Made by a program: the position numbers and the translations under genes
Shown here: positions 39,505 to 51,858 of the stretch, one piece after another
Layout: each line of letters opens with the position of its first letter
Position numbering within the stretch: the stretch's first letter is position 1
Source: Octopus vulgaris
Lineage: Eukaryota
Direction: 5' to 3'
Length of the DNA: 64,000 bases
NCBI GenBank assembly: GCA_951406725.2
Contig: OX597830.1
Span: 18,600,001-18,664,000, forward strand
The notes under the pieces: generated by a model
Seen by the model: only the letters and a program-made list of their open reading frames with translations
Told to the model about the DNA's origin: nothing
Database searches by the model: none

Positions 39505-39670
39505 TGCAGGTGAGGATGGGTAGTACAAAGTTTGCTTCCCAACCACATGGTTCTTGGTTCAGTCCCACTGCATGAGAGACCTTTGGCAAGTGTCTTCTAC
39601 TATAGCCATGGTCTGACCAAAGCCCTGAGAGCAGATTTTGTAAGTGGAAACTGAAAGAAACCGGTCATAT
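39505..39670 (+). mobile_element. SINE family A 5' half
   Basis: Head and CORE-like segment. Confidence 0.7.
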
Positions 39671-40200
39671 AAACGTACTTTATTTGTGGACTAACGAAGC
39701 TATCAATGGTTTCATGTAGAAAGCATATCTGCAATTCTTCAAGCAGTCCATTTAAAAATACTAGTAATCATTGCCATTTTGAGTCCAAAATGGAGATGAT
39801 TATCAGTATTTTTTAATAGAAAGCTTAAAGAATGCTTTTTCATGAGGATGTTGGGCACTCATTCTCACTGTTTGATACATAGTAGTACATATATATATGC
39901 ATGAGTGTATGCATGTGAGGGAGGAGAAATGTGCTTGCATCTCTTTGTGTGATAGTTGTAACTGAGTGGTGTTGTCATATAAGCAGTGTCATTTATTTCC
40001 AACATTCTGCAAGAATATGTTTGACCATGGGAAAATATTACCTTGCTTGGAAACAGGTGAGGGTTGGAAAAAGAAGGGCATCTGGCCACAGAATATCTGT
40101 CCCAAACTAGACTCCTCTTCCAGTTACTGTCTACTAAATTTTACTTATAAGGCATGGACAATCTATGGCTATTGTGGAAGACATGAGGCAACAGTATTCA

Positions 40201-40435
40201 AGGCAGCGAGCTGGCAGAAACGTTAGCACGCCGGGCAAAATGCTTAGCGGTATTTCGTCTGCTGCTACATTCTGAGTTCAAATTTCGCCGAGGTCCACTT
40301 TACCTTTCATCCTTTCGGGGTCGATTAAATAAGTACCAGTCGTGCGCTGGGGTCGATGTAATTGACTTAATCCGTTTGTCTGTCCTTGTTTGTCACCTCT
40401 GTGTTTAGCCCCTTGTGGGTAGAAAAGAAATAAGT
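40201..40435 (+). mobile_element. SINE family B (full length)
   Basis: GGCAGCGAGCTGGCAGAAACGTTAGC head, B-box GAGTTCAAAT; AGTATTCA on both flanks as candidate TSD. Confidence 0.9.
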
Positions 40436-40583
40436 ATTCATATAGTGGTAATGAAACCTCAACTACATGATTTCAAAGTGAATTTCTCAGCCGTCCAGTC
40501 ATGCCTCGCACCAATTCATATTTAATTAAAAATCATCCATCAACCATGTATATAAGAATAATTTGTTGTGTTCCAAACACCAA

Positions 40584-40811
40584 TTAACCCTTTCATTACT
40601 GTATCTATTTTGAGATGCTCTGTGTTTCTTTCAATATTTTAAATATAATAAAGAATTTAGTAAATTAACTTCGTCATCATTAAGCTAGTGTTAGGAACAT
40701 AAATTTTAACTAACATTTGGTGGAAGATTTGAATTCAAAACTTATGAAAACAAGACATTTATACTAAAGAGCCAGAGCTGGTTTCAGCCGGGTTGGTAAC
40801 GAAATGGTTAA
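40584..40811. mobile_element. piggyBac-type MITE, family A
   Basis: TTAA termini, TIRs. Confidence 0.85.
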
Positions 40812-41231
40812 ATAAAAAAAAATATATATTGCTAAAACCATGGAAATTCTTGTTTATTTTCAAAATCAATTGAAGTACATTGGCAGAGTACTTCAGTAAA
40901 GCGCTTAAATTTAGTTTAGCAACTATCTCCTCAAAGTGATTCTGTGGGACTTGTAGAGACAACTCTTCTGTGGAACTTGTTCCAGACAAAATATAACAGA
41001 TTTAAACACTAATGTAATTAGTGATAATGGGTTATGTATTTATTATAGACATGTCTCAAGAAACTGAGAATCACAGGAGAGATGACAACAAAGGCTGGGG
41101 TACGTAATCCATGCAGTTTAGTAGACTGGCCAATCTATGAAAGCATTAAAAACATGTGGTAAAATGTTGCTGCTGATGATGATAACAGGTCTGTGTAAAT
41201 GAAAATACGATTCACGCAATCTATATTTTTT

Positions 41232-41520
41232 TCTTTTGTGCCCTTTTCAAGCCTAGCCAGGCTCATGGGTTTGGTTTCCCGGTTTCTGTGATGTGTTCCC
41301 CCCAGCTGGACGGGACTCCAGTCCATTGTAGTGTTACTCAAGAAACAGGAAGAGGGAGTGAAAGAAAGTTGGTGCAAAAGAGTACAATAGGGGTCGCTAC
41401 CACCCCCTTCCAGAGCCTCATGGAGCTTTAGGTGTTTTCGCTCAATAAACACATACAAAGCCCAGTCTGGGAATCGAAACCGCGAGTCCGCTGCCCTAAC
41501 CACTGGGCCATTGCGCCTCC
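41232..41520 (-). mobile_element. tRNA-derived SINE family D
   Basis: Head GGAGGCGCAATGGCCCAGTGGTTAGG...GGTTTCGATTCCC; copies at 56.2 and 63.3 kb. Confidence 0.85.
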
Positions 41521-41527
41521 ACAATAA

Positions 41528-41680
41528 ATGTGCCCTTTTAAAGCCTAGCCTGGCTCATGGGCCTGGTTTCAATGGCGTATGTATTCCTCAGCTGGACGGG
41601 ACGTCAGTCCATCGCAGTATTACTCATTTTTACCAGCTGAGTGGACTGGAGCAACGTGAAATGAAGTGTTTTGCTCAAGA
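41528..41680 (-). mobile_element. SINE fragment, CORE-like body with family D tail
   Basis: TTGAGCAAAACACTTC...GCTCCAGTCCACTCAGCTG + GCGATGGACTGACGTCCCGTCCAG + GAGCCAGGCTAGGCTT. Confidence 0.65.
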
Positions 41681-42259
41681 CATGCAGTCTATATAGATAA
41701 ATTAACACATACTTAGTTTTAGATGGTTTAATAACTTGCAAGGTTAAATAGAGGATATTCAATCCCATGGGAGACTGTTTTATAGACCCATCCATCTAAT
41801 TGCTTGCCAGGTGGAAGATGGGTTTGGTGATTATAAGGATTGATGGCAGCATTGAGATCTGAAAGTGTGTAAAACAAAATCTTATCTGCCCACAAAGAAG
41901 TCTTAAACTTCCTTGCCAAGCTACACTTGCTGACAGATGTAAAGACTAGTTGTTATATGTGGCAGATAATGAAAGGAGCTCTGGATATATCACACTACAT
42001 CCAGCTTTTAAAAAAACCCAGAAAAGATCAAGACAAACCATAGGCCTACTTTGTACACTTGATATTTATAAACCTGTCACAAATGAGAAATAAACTGCTG
42101 TGTAACACACACAGACTATCCCACAATAATTCTGCTTGTCACTCTGTTACTTAGCACATCTGTAACACACTTTCATGTGAATAGCTGAAGGGAAAGTTGA
42201 AGAGTGAGAGAGAAAAAATGGAGAGAGAAAAGACAGAGAGAGAAAAGATGGTCAGAGAA

Positions 42260-42535
42260 GTGTCGTTTAGGTGTTGCACTCATGTTTGCAAGATCATGGG
42301 TTCAATTTCCAGACCAAGTTGTGCATTGTGTTCTTGAGCAAAACCCTTCATTTTACATTGCTCCAGCCCACTCAGCTGCAAATGGGTAACCCTGTAATGG
42401 ACTAACTTTCTGATCAGGACGAATGTTGACCTGCCTGCATAGCTAGCAGGGTGGTATCATTCAAAAGCTAAAACAATGCGAAGCGCATTGTGACCAGCAA
42501 TGTATAACATCCAATGGTCTGGCCAGTCACATAAA
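42260..42535 (+). mobile_element. CORE-like SINE, diverged
   Basis: GGGTTCAATTTCC, TGTGTTCTTGAGCAAAACCC...GCTCCAGCCCACTCAGCTG. Confidence 0.6.
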
Positions 42536-43367
42536 CATAACGTAATGTAATTATAAAAATTAATTAATCACAAGTTATAGAGACCAACTAGTATTCACTA
42601 ACTGTATAATATATTTGTCCTTTAAAATAGTTTAAAGTTACACTGTTAAATGTGTTGTTGTTTTAAGATGTGTAGTGTAATATGAGGAAGAGTTGGTTGA
42701 TATTGTTAGAAGAACAAGCAGCCATCCAGAGGCTTCCTAGTAGCTTGAATATATTCATTTTGTTTGTTTTTAGCCCAAGGTCAACCCTGATCAAACTCAT
42801 GTAGGCTTATGATTAAAAGCTTTACAGCCATGACCTCTTATCTTCTCGCAAGGTGCAGTGCAGGCCAGACTATATATTCCAATGAGTCCTTGGATAAAAT
42901 GGTAGGGTGTGATTTGAGGGAAATTTGGCAGTTGTTTTTAGCAGGTTCAGTGATTATATCGAGATCTCCTCTTCAGCCCAAGTATATTTAAATATATAGA
43001 ATCGGTAGAGTGGTAAAAGCAATATGAGACTACCTTCTTTACAGTGTTTATTTTCTGACTTCTACGAACTTTACTCACTTCAAATCCCTGCAATATGTAC
43101 CAAAGTATGGTCAGTCATCAATCATCAATAACCCTGCCCTATAAATCAGAGGTCTTGAGGCAAAGTGAGAAATTATGTTTACGTACATGGTTGCAGCAAG
43201 TTGAATTTAGAAGGAACCAAAGGGTGCATGTTTCATATTTCATAACTGAAGATACTTCACATCAAAACATTCAGGACATACATATCTTCTGTTCTATATT
43301 TAAGAGATGAGGAATTATTTACATTATTTACATTCGATGGATATTTGTCCTCATCTTGTTTGTTGTT

Positions 43368-43413
43368 AACACAACATTTCAGCTGATATACCCTCCAGTC
43401 TTCTTCAGGTGTC
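43368..43413 (-). ncRNA. Minimal type I hammerhead ribozyme motif
   Basis: GACAC-CUGAAGA-A-GACUG(loop)CAGCU-GAAAUGUU-GUGUU. Confidence 0.7.
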
Positions 43414-43692
43414 TTGGGGAAATTTTGAACCTGGGTTCTCATTCCTAATGGTAATTTTCAATGTTATTATTATTATTGTTCAGGTCACTGCTGGGATTCA
43501 AACTCAGAATCTTGGGGTTAGTAGTTCATGCTCTTAACCACTACGCCATATGCCTGTTCTATATTTAAGAGATGAGGAATTATGTACATTATTTACATTC
43601 GATGGATATTAGTCCTCATCTTGTTTGTTGTTAATACAACATTTCGGCTGATATACCTTAGGAATGAGAACCCAGGTTCGAAATTTCCCCAA

Positions 43693-43735
43693 GACACCTG
43701 AAGAAGGCTGGAGGGTATGTCAGCTGAAACGTGTT
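43693..43735 (+). ncRNA. Minimal type I hammerhead motif (inverted copy, 3-nt deletion at cleavage site)
   Basis: GACAC-CUGAAGA-A-GGCUG(loop)CAGCU-GAAAC-GUGUU. Confidence 0.6.
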
Positions 43736-44358
43736 AACAACAAACAAGATGAGGACAAATATCTATCGAATGTAAATAATATTCATATCTTCTATTCAAT
43801 CCAATTAACTGTCAATTATAATTATGATGTTAGTTAGTTAGTTCTCTCAGTGCCACATAAGCCTGCAACATAATCTCTCTAACCAGCTCTGTCTAATGCC
43901 ATTGTTTTGACTTAATTCCAGCTTCACCCTTTCTGTCTCCTAGTCAATAGTCCTTTTCCGTGCGGTTTTTAGGGTGCTCTGTTGCTCCTTTCTCCTCAGG
44001 CATCAACATTAGTGCTACTATAAAATTACTTTCTTGATGGTGTACGTACAGTAAAAAAGTACTATAAAACCTGTAGCCCCCAGTACAGAAAATTAAATTG
44101 ATAGTGTACCAACTAATATAAAAAAAACAAACAATTTAAATATAGCAGAAAATTAATTGATTAATTAATTGACAGACATAAGAAGGGGTGAAGAATAGTC
44201 AATTTGATTAACTGGTACTTATTTAATTAATACTAGAGTGATAAAAAGCAAAGTTAATCCCATAGGATAGTTAACAGATAACATTGATTTCTGACGTAAG
44301 TAAAACGTCTCAGATTTTGATATTTGGGCAACTATTGATTAAATGATATTGGTTTTAT

Positions 44359-45487
44359 GGGGCTAGTGCAGTTTCGCACCTCTCCTTGAAAAATGCATTT
44401 TTTAAAAAAAATTTTTTCAGATACCTATGTTTTAGATGTCAGGATTATGAATATGCAAAAAAACATTTTATTTCACCCCACTACCTCTTTCACACCACCC
44501 CACTCCCCGCCCAATTAAAATTTTTGATTTTGTTTACTTTAAAGAGATCATAGCAAATTTACTAACATACGCAAATCGAAATTAAATACAGACAAAAACA
44601 TTAAAACAAAAAGAATTTGTGTTTTACTTGTGTTCGCCTTAAATAATCATAAATAATATTTTAATGTAAATTAAATATACACCATTTTTGAAAAACAAAC
44701 ATTAATGTTTAATAATTAATGTTATGAAGTTTAATAAGGAGCTCAAATTTCACCCTCTCCCCCAAGTTTAAATTTTGAACTTTTTCATCCATTTATTTAT
44801 TTGTCGATCTATTTATGGAAAGACTTCCGCCCATCCCTCCCCACATTTTCTCCCAAATTTGTTTATTTTTGTAATTTTTTTTGCCAAAAATCCCCATTTT
44901 CAGATATGGAGGTTCCGGAAAATTACCAAAATTCAGTATTGTGAAATCCCCACCCCCCTTTACAAAGATGTTTGAAATTTTTTTTTCAGAATCATAATCT
45001 CCATAATTTTCCACATATTTAAAAAAAAAAATTCTGGAAAAAGTTTAAAATAAAGGAAAAGAGGGTAGGTGGTAATTTAGAAATGTCGATTTTGGCCAAT
45101 TTTTTTGCAGATTCTTATTCCCCATAGCCGAAAAGTGAGGTTTGTGTTGAAAAAAAAAAATTTTTTTATTAAAGGGTGGTTTTTGAGGGGGATGGGCAGA
45201 AGTCTTTCCCTATTTATCCCTGTCTGTTTATTCATAAAATATATTTGTCAACTAAATGTGGCGGTCCTATACAAGACGGTGTTACTGTTGTTCTTACTAT
45301 TGTTTTTAGCCCCAAGAAGACATATCTATCTATCTCTTTATATATATGTCTGTATGCTTATTGAATTTAAAATTTTGAAAACATTTCTTGCATATTTGTA
45401 ATCTCCGACATCTAAAACATAGGGATACGAAAAAATTATTTTTAAAAAATGCATTTTTCAAGGAGCAGTGCAAAACTGCATTAGCCC
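44359..45487. mobile_element. Non-autonomous MULE/Mutator-like DNA transposon (~1.13 kb)
   Basis: ~110-bp TIRs (GGGCTAGTGCAGTTTCGCAC... / ...GTGCAAAACTGCATTAGCCC); 9-bp TSD TGGTTTTAT. Confidence 0.85.
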
Positions 45488-45999
45488 TGGTTTTATCAGC
45501 ACCCATGTATCTCAATCCTCAAGGATTAAAGGAAACGTCGATCTAGGTAGGATTTGGATGTAAAAAGCAGTAACTAAGTACTACAAAACAAATTGTCTGT
45601 GTCCTACTGATTTTACAAAAATTTATACCAATAACTAATACTGGTGATTTTCTTTTATTCTTTTACTGATTTGGTCCTTATATTCACTTTGGTATTTATT
45701 TTATCAATCCCCGTTTGTAAAGTTACAGAAGATGAATGACAATAACAAAACAAAAAAAAAAAACAACTCTGGTTTTTAGACCTGAGTACACACAAACACA
45801 CACATTAGTACATACACATACATAAATAGCAAACTTCTGCATAGTTTCTATTTATCAGCTTCCATTCACAAGGTATTTGTCAACTCAAAGCTATCATACA
45901 AGATTCCTATCCAACGTACTGTGCAGTGGAATCATACCTTGAGCCACATGGTTGCAAAACAGATTTCCCAATCACAGAGGCTTACCTGCATCTATGACC

Positions 46000-46392
46000 A
46001 ATTCTTTTGAATTCTGACTGTTTTTTAGCTTATTTCATACCATTATAGGAAGAATGTTTTATTTAACGGAGTCTAACCCTAAAACCTTAAAGCTAAAACC
46101 AGTACAAACGCACAAATGATGTCATAAATAACAGTGACAAACGAAAAATACACTGCTGATAGTTGTTGACAAACAGCGGCAGTAATTTTATTCTGCTGAA
46201 TACACGTCATTGATTGGTTGAAATTACCGAAATTCGACAACTTCAGCATGAAATAACTTTATAAACATAAACTTTTCTCGAAAATGCTAAGAGTAAAAGG
46301 TGTTTTATATGACACATTCTACCAGTGTCCAAAGTTTGAAAGCATTTAGTTACAAAAAATTATTTTTTAAATCTGTAGGTCAAAAGGTAACA
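46000..46392 (+). mobile_element. Relative of MITE family C
   Basis: Shares GTCATTGATTGGTTGAAATT and ACACATTCTACCAGT motifs; degenerate CTAACCCTAA. Confidence 0.5.
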
Positions 46393-46427
46393 ATCCATAC
46401 ATATATGTATGTATATATATATATATG

Positions 46428-46459
<32 letters not shown>

Positions 46460-46465
<6 letters not shown>

Positions 46466-46700
46466 TGGTGCATAATTATTGCAGCTTTTTTCAACAAATT
46501 TTATTCAACAAAAACATGTAACAAAAACATCTTTAAATGATTATTCCGGAGCATATTCACCATCTACTTCAATCACTGCCTCCCATTTGCTTGGCAGGCG
46601 ATTATACCGTCATTTAAAGATGTTGTTGTTAACTATTGTTATTGTTTTTGTTGAATAGAATTTGTTGAAAAAAAGCCACAATAATTATGCACCAACCCAA
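46460..46700. mobile_element. Mariner-derived MITE
   Basis: ~55-bp TIRs GGGTTGGTGCATAATTATTG in TA context; interior encodes mariner-like C-terminus RLPSKWEAVIEVDGEYAPE* on the minus strand. Confidence 0.85.
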
Positions 46701-47080
46701 TATATATACATTGACTATTGTGGCTGTTACATTCCCCAAACCCCGCAATAGGTGAAAATCCGCGAAGTAGAAACTATTGTATATTTTTTTTAATTATTTT
46801 TATATATATTTTTATATATATTTTTTAATTATTTGTATATATTTATTTTATCATAAATGCAAAACAACACTATGGAGGAATCGATGTAAGCTTGAATAAT
46901 AAACCGTGGTAGGTGAACCGCGGTATGGTGAGGGTTAGGGTTAGTAGCATGGTTAAGAATTTCACTTCACACCATATGGTTCCAATTCAGTACCACTGTG
47001 CAGCACTTTCAGCTATAGTTCTTGGAGCCAACCAATGCCTTCTGAATGAATTTGGTAGACAGAAACTATACAAAAACTGA

Positions 47081-47313
47081 AGGCGGCGAGCTGGCAGAAA
47101 CGTTAGCACACTGGGCGAAATGCTTAGCGATATTTTGTCCGTCATTACGTTCTGAGTTCAAATTCCGCCAAGGTCGATTTTGCTTATCATCCTTTTGTGG
47201 TCAATAAATTAAGTACCAGTTACACACTGGGGTCGATGTAATTGACTTAATCCCTTCATCTGTCCTTGTTTGTCCCTTCTATGTTTAGCCCCTTGTGGGC
47301 AATAAAGAAATAA
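47081..47313 (+). mobile_element. SINE family B nested in a family A SINE
   Basis: Full head and tail; flanked by degenerate duplication AGAAACTATA..AAA.CTG. Confidence 0.85.
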
Positions 47314-48934
47314 GAAACTATATGAAAGCTGCTGCACGCCTATGTGTTTGCCTCAGTGTGAATGGTTGCAAGAAAAATCACTAGGCTACAGGTGGTGTAG
47401 TTTGTTGCCATTTCCCTTTTAACAAATTGTGGCTCATTCTGTACTTTGGAATGTTTGTGGAATAAGAGATACCCTTACTTGAAAAGCAGATAAGGGTTAG
47501 CAACAGGAAAGGTCTCTAGCTGTAAAACAATGCATCAATAATATATATTTTATCAAACCCATACTAGCAGAGTAGAATGGACTTAAAAACAAGCAGGCTG
47601 ACACTTTTCCTATTACCAACCTCAGAACTTTATAGTGAGAGTGGAACCATATCAGAAAAACTTGTAGAAGCATAAGTTATATACCTTCTGAAGCACAACA
47701 CAATTGTTGTAGCATATAGAAAAACATAAGATAAATTAGTCAGAGATTAGTATTTATCACTGAGCTAACATAGTCTTTTCTTCACTGTATAAGTAATTCT
47801 AATTAGATTTTTGATGTTCTCTCCATGAAATATCTTAACACTAGCTTAACTATTATTTTGTTTTTTGTTTTGTTTTGTTTTATTTTTTTCCTCTACAGAT
47901 ATCATATCTGACTAATTAACCTTAGTAATTTATTTTTTTCTAAATATACTAACTTTCCACACTTACTTGCTTATAGTAAGGAATATCTCCTTAGTCATTC
48001 ACTCATCACAACCTCAACAAGTACAGTAAATTCGCATGCTTTGCAAGCAGAGCTCTATTAAAACAGAGATACATTTATAACTGCTTCTTTTACTTGTTGA
48101 AATGATTAAAATGATATTAGTTATTGAGCTAACAATATACTTTCCTCACCACATATTTTTCTTTTGTCATATTTGATAAGTTTGTGCTACAGTCAGAATA
48201 TCTGTTTTTGCTTTATAGAACTTACCAATCTACAGTTACGGTGGTTGAGAACAATCATCATTATCTTAGTTATTCTGGCTTGTTGCATCCTATCCCATAG
48301 GATACAACAAAAGCTTGACTCTCCAACGAATTAAGGAAGAGGTGGATTAAGAAGTGAATGTTTATTTCTGGGATATAAATAATAGTTTCAATATAGAATT
48401 TCATCGGGATATCAAATTCCAGATGTCCTATTTGAGTTATTTGGCATTCCCCCAAAGATCTAAAAGAAATGAACGTATATAGTCCAGTCCAGATCTCCAT
48501 ATAGATTTTGACTAAAGAATTTCGTTATATACATAATATGATACTAAATTCTTTTCTCAAAATTTATTTGATTATTGCTTGTTAACATGAATGTTGAGTA
48601 TGACAGAGAGGAGGAAGGGACAAAGAGAACAGAAACCACCTGGAAGGGTCTTGAAGAAAATTGTAATTTTAATGTATGTGTATGCATATCATACACACAC
48701 ATATAAGAAAAGAGACAGGTTATGCATTTGGATAAATTCATACGCTGTGAAGAGAAAGAAGTAGCAAAGTATTTAAAACTACCATTTCATCTAAGAGAAA
48801 AATAACTTTTTCGTAGATGAGTAGTCAGTCTCAGAGCAGCTTTCTCTCAATGGCATATGAATTTAATCTAAACTCAACTTTACGATAACTTGTGCCAATG
48901 CAGACCATCACAATTTTTGGCAACATACTATCAT

Positions 48935-49157
48935 TTAACCCTTTCATTACTGTATTTATTTTGAGATGCTCTATGTTTCATTCAATTATTTTAAATATAA
49001 CAAAGAATTTAGTAAAATAACTTAGTTATCATTCAGCTAGTGTTAGGAACATAAATTGTGACTAAGGTTTGGTAGAAGATTTTAATTCAAAACTTATGAA
49101 AACAAGACATTTGTACTAAAGAGCCGGTTTTGGCCGGGTTGGTAATGAAAGGGTTAA
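48935..49157. mobile_element. piggyBac-type MITE, family A
   Basis: TTAA-CCCTTTCATTAC ... GTAATGAAAGGG-TTAA. Confidence 0.88.
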
Positions 49158-50006
49158 AGTAAGTATTCAATAACATGTAGTATTGTTTATATGTGTGTTC
49201 CAGCAAGAGTGATAGTTCAACAACCTGAGTACAGTAAAGTACAGACTTTATTAATCAAACAGATAGATAGGAGGAACCAAAACCCCCACCTCACAGTCAA
49301 AAGTGACAATTTTTGAAAAACTAAACATGGATGTTTTTTAATATTTTCAGACATTTTTGATTTTATTGAAATTTTCTTATACAAATGTAGTTTTTCATGC
49401 CATTTATGAAAATCACAATACTTTCCGGAGACCTTAATGATAAAATAAGTTACAAAGGCTTAAAGACGGAAATTCTTTTGTAATTTTGACCAAACAGATT
49501 TGTCCGCATCTCAGGCCTTATAGTAACCAACAGAGGAAACCATCTTAGGTCTAGAGTTAGGATTTAAGGGATAGGGTTGGGTCAGAGTTGTAATTGTCAG
49601 AGGTATATTTGGGGGTGGGGGAAAAGAAAAAAGCATTTTCATAATATTGTTACTGTGTGTAGAGAAAGGATGAATTTGATTGGCTAAAATTACATAAGAA
49701 ATTCAGTGTTTAAATGTTCAAAACCTTATTAATTTCTCTGAATAAAGGCTTGTGATGTTCACATTCAGCATATAAACACAAAACTACAGTGTAGACATTT
49801 TCAATAAAGTCAGATATAGTGTGTCAAACCAAAAATATCAATGAGAGCTTATAGGTAAAGTGAAAGTGTTATGTTATTTTTGTTAAATTATACTGGGTAC
49901 AAATGACAATTTAATATCTATTTCTTAGTGGAATTACAATAATAAAAGAAAATTCAGTGGAATCACACCCAGAACTAATCTCTTTGTGCTTTTTGTTTTT
50001 TTAACA

Positions 50007-50407
50007 GGATCTTTTCGGTTTGAACGGCAGTTTTTTCTAGTGGTGTCATGAAATTGTCATCCATAATTATGACCCTAGAATTGATCTATTGCATTTCAAT
50101 CTGTTTTAGGGTTAGAGTTAAGGGAAAGGTATCTTTTTTTTCTTCACAAATGTATATAAACCCAATCTGTTTCTTAAATGAGGGACATATTCATACGGCA
50201 CAGAATGCTTTTTAACTCAATAGACGTCACTGATTGGTTGAAATTGAAGAAAAAAACAACAAATATCTTACAAACTATAGAATTTTCTCAATAAAGCCAA
50301 GAGAAAAAGATGTTTTATAAACACATTCTACCAGTATACAAAGTTTAAAATTTTTTTAGTTACCAAGAAATTATGTTAAAAACTGCCCGTTCAAACCGAA
50401 AAGATCC
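50007..50407 (+). mobile_element. MITE family C
   Basis: GGATCTTTTCGGTTTGAACGG ... CCGTTCAAACCGAAAAGATCC; TSD TTTTAACA. Confidence 0.88.
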
Positions 50408-51020
50408 TTTTAACATCAGATTTAGAATCTGCAAAAACGTTCATGTGTAAAGATTTTTTATTCAAAATGACTATTTCATAAATGGAAATATTCAACAAAT
50501 GAATGACAGTAATTTAGTATATCAATATTGTAGTGATATGTCTTCCACCAAAATCTTAAAAGTAATCCTAGCCAATCCTAATCACCCAATTAATAGTCTT
50601 AATATTCAAAAACAAGAGTCATGATGACAGATTTGTTACGTTTAAGATCAAACAGTGACATAATGTGGTTAAACAGAGATGAGATCTACAGCTGATAGTG
50701 ATTATTTATAACATATTTTCAAACCATATCGATATTTATGACCAAGGATTCATAATTTTTATATTGTATTTATTGGTATTTTTTAATTTTATTTGTCCCA
50801 TATAGACTGAAAATGAAAATCAGTCATAAAGCTTATACAATAATAAAAAAAAGAAAACCTTCAATATAATCTGAAAATAAATTTCACAAAATTATACAAT
50901 AAACCATACAGCAAACATTCATATATATGTTATCTTGACTGAGTAAGAAATGCTATTAGACATTGACTAACGAGAATCATTCCTTTTTTAATCAAAAGAA
51001 ATTTTTGAAAAATTAAAAAG

Positions 51021-51266
51021 ATTTTTGTCACTTTGAAACCACGACCTGTTCACTGACAAAATTCCGTGCTGCATCTCTTTTGTCAGTGAACGGGTCGTGG
51101 TCTCTAAGCGACAAAAATATTTTGACAAATTAAATTTAAATGTTGAAGTGATTCTAATGGTTTTTGTGTGTCTCTTAAATGGCTTATAAACACCTTCCAC
51201 GCTGCAATTGTTTTCATTCCAGCACACGATCTCAGATCAGGTCACGTGCTATGCAAGTACATCTCT
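51021..51266 (+). mobile_element. Hammerhead (G3-C8) retroposon family, decayed copy with inverted 5' segment
   Basis: Homologous to 62341-62545; 51021-51060 is an inverted copy of the ribozyme motif at 51079-51129. Confidence 0.75.
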
Positions 51267-51858
51267 GTAAAAAAAATTTGTTTTTGCATTTTTGTAATTA
51301 GTATGTTCAGACATATACATAACAAAAATCGGGGTTCGAATATATATATATATTTTTAAAGTTCGAGGGTGCATGATCTGTCTGCAGAAAATTATAGCAC
51401 TCTACATTTCTGAGTCACCTTAGTCATCTTTTCCATCACCAATTAATCTTGGATTTCAGTGTCCTAAATTGCCAAGACTGATTGTAATATTACGAGTGCT
51501 TTTACTTCCTGCTACATACAATAAATAGCATGAAACAGGAAACTGATACATGGTTTCTCATCTGTGATCCCAAAAGAGTTATAGGATGAGGCAGGAAGGA
51601 GCTCCTGTCACTCCAATAGGTATTTTTCAGGCTCCCTCAATGACACTGTCTAGGTCTGGGTATTTGCCTAACTTCCTATCTAGGATGGGTGGTTTTTTTC
51701 CTCGTCTAATGATGATTCATTATAGAGCCACCAAAATTAGTGGAAGAAGGTATCCTTAAACTGGAAATCCAGCCCAAATGCCTGTCACAATGTGAGACCT
51801 ACTAAAGTTACTGAAGGTACCATATAATAGTGTTAAACCAGGTGACAAATCTGTCACC

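Larger units (their letters stand above)
43291..43783 (-). mobile_element. tRNA-headed hammerhead retroposon (retrozyme/Penelope-like non-autonomous element)
   Basis: 265-bp monomer + partial tandem copy + inverted segment; TSD CATATCTTCT at 43281-43290 and 43784-43793. Confidence 0.8.
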
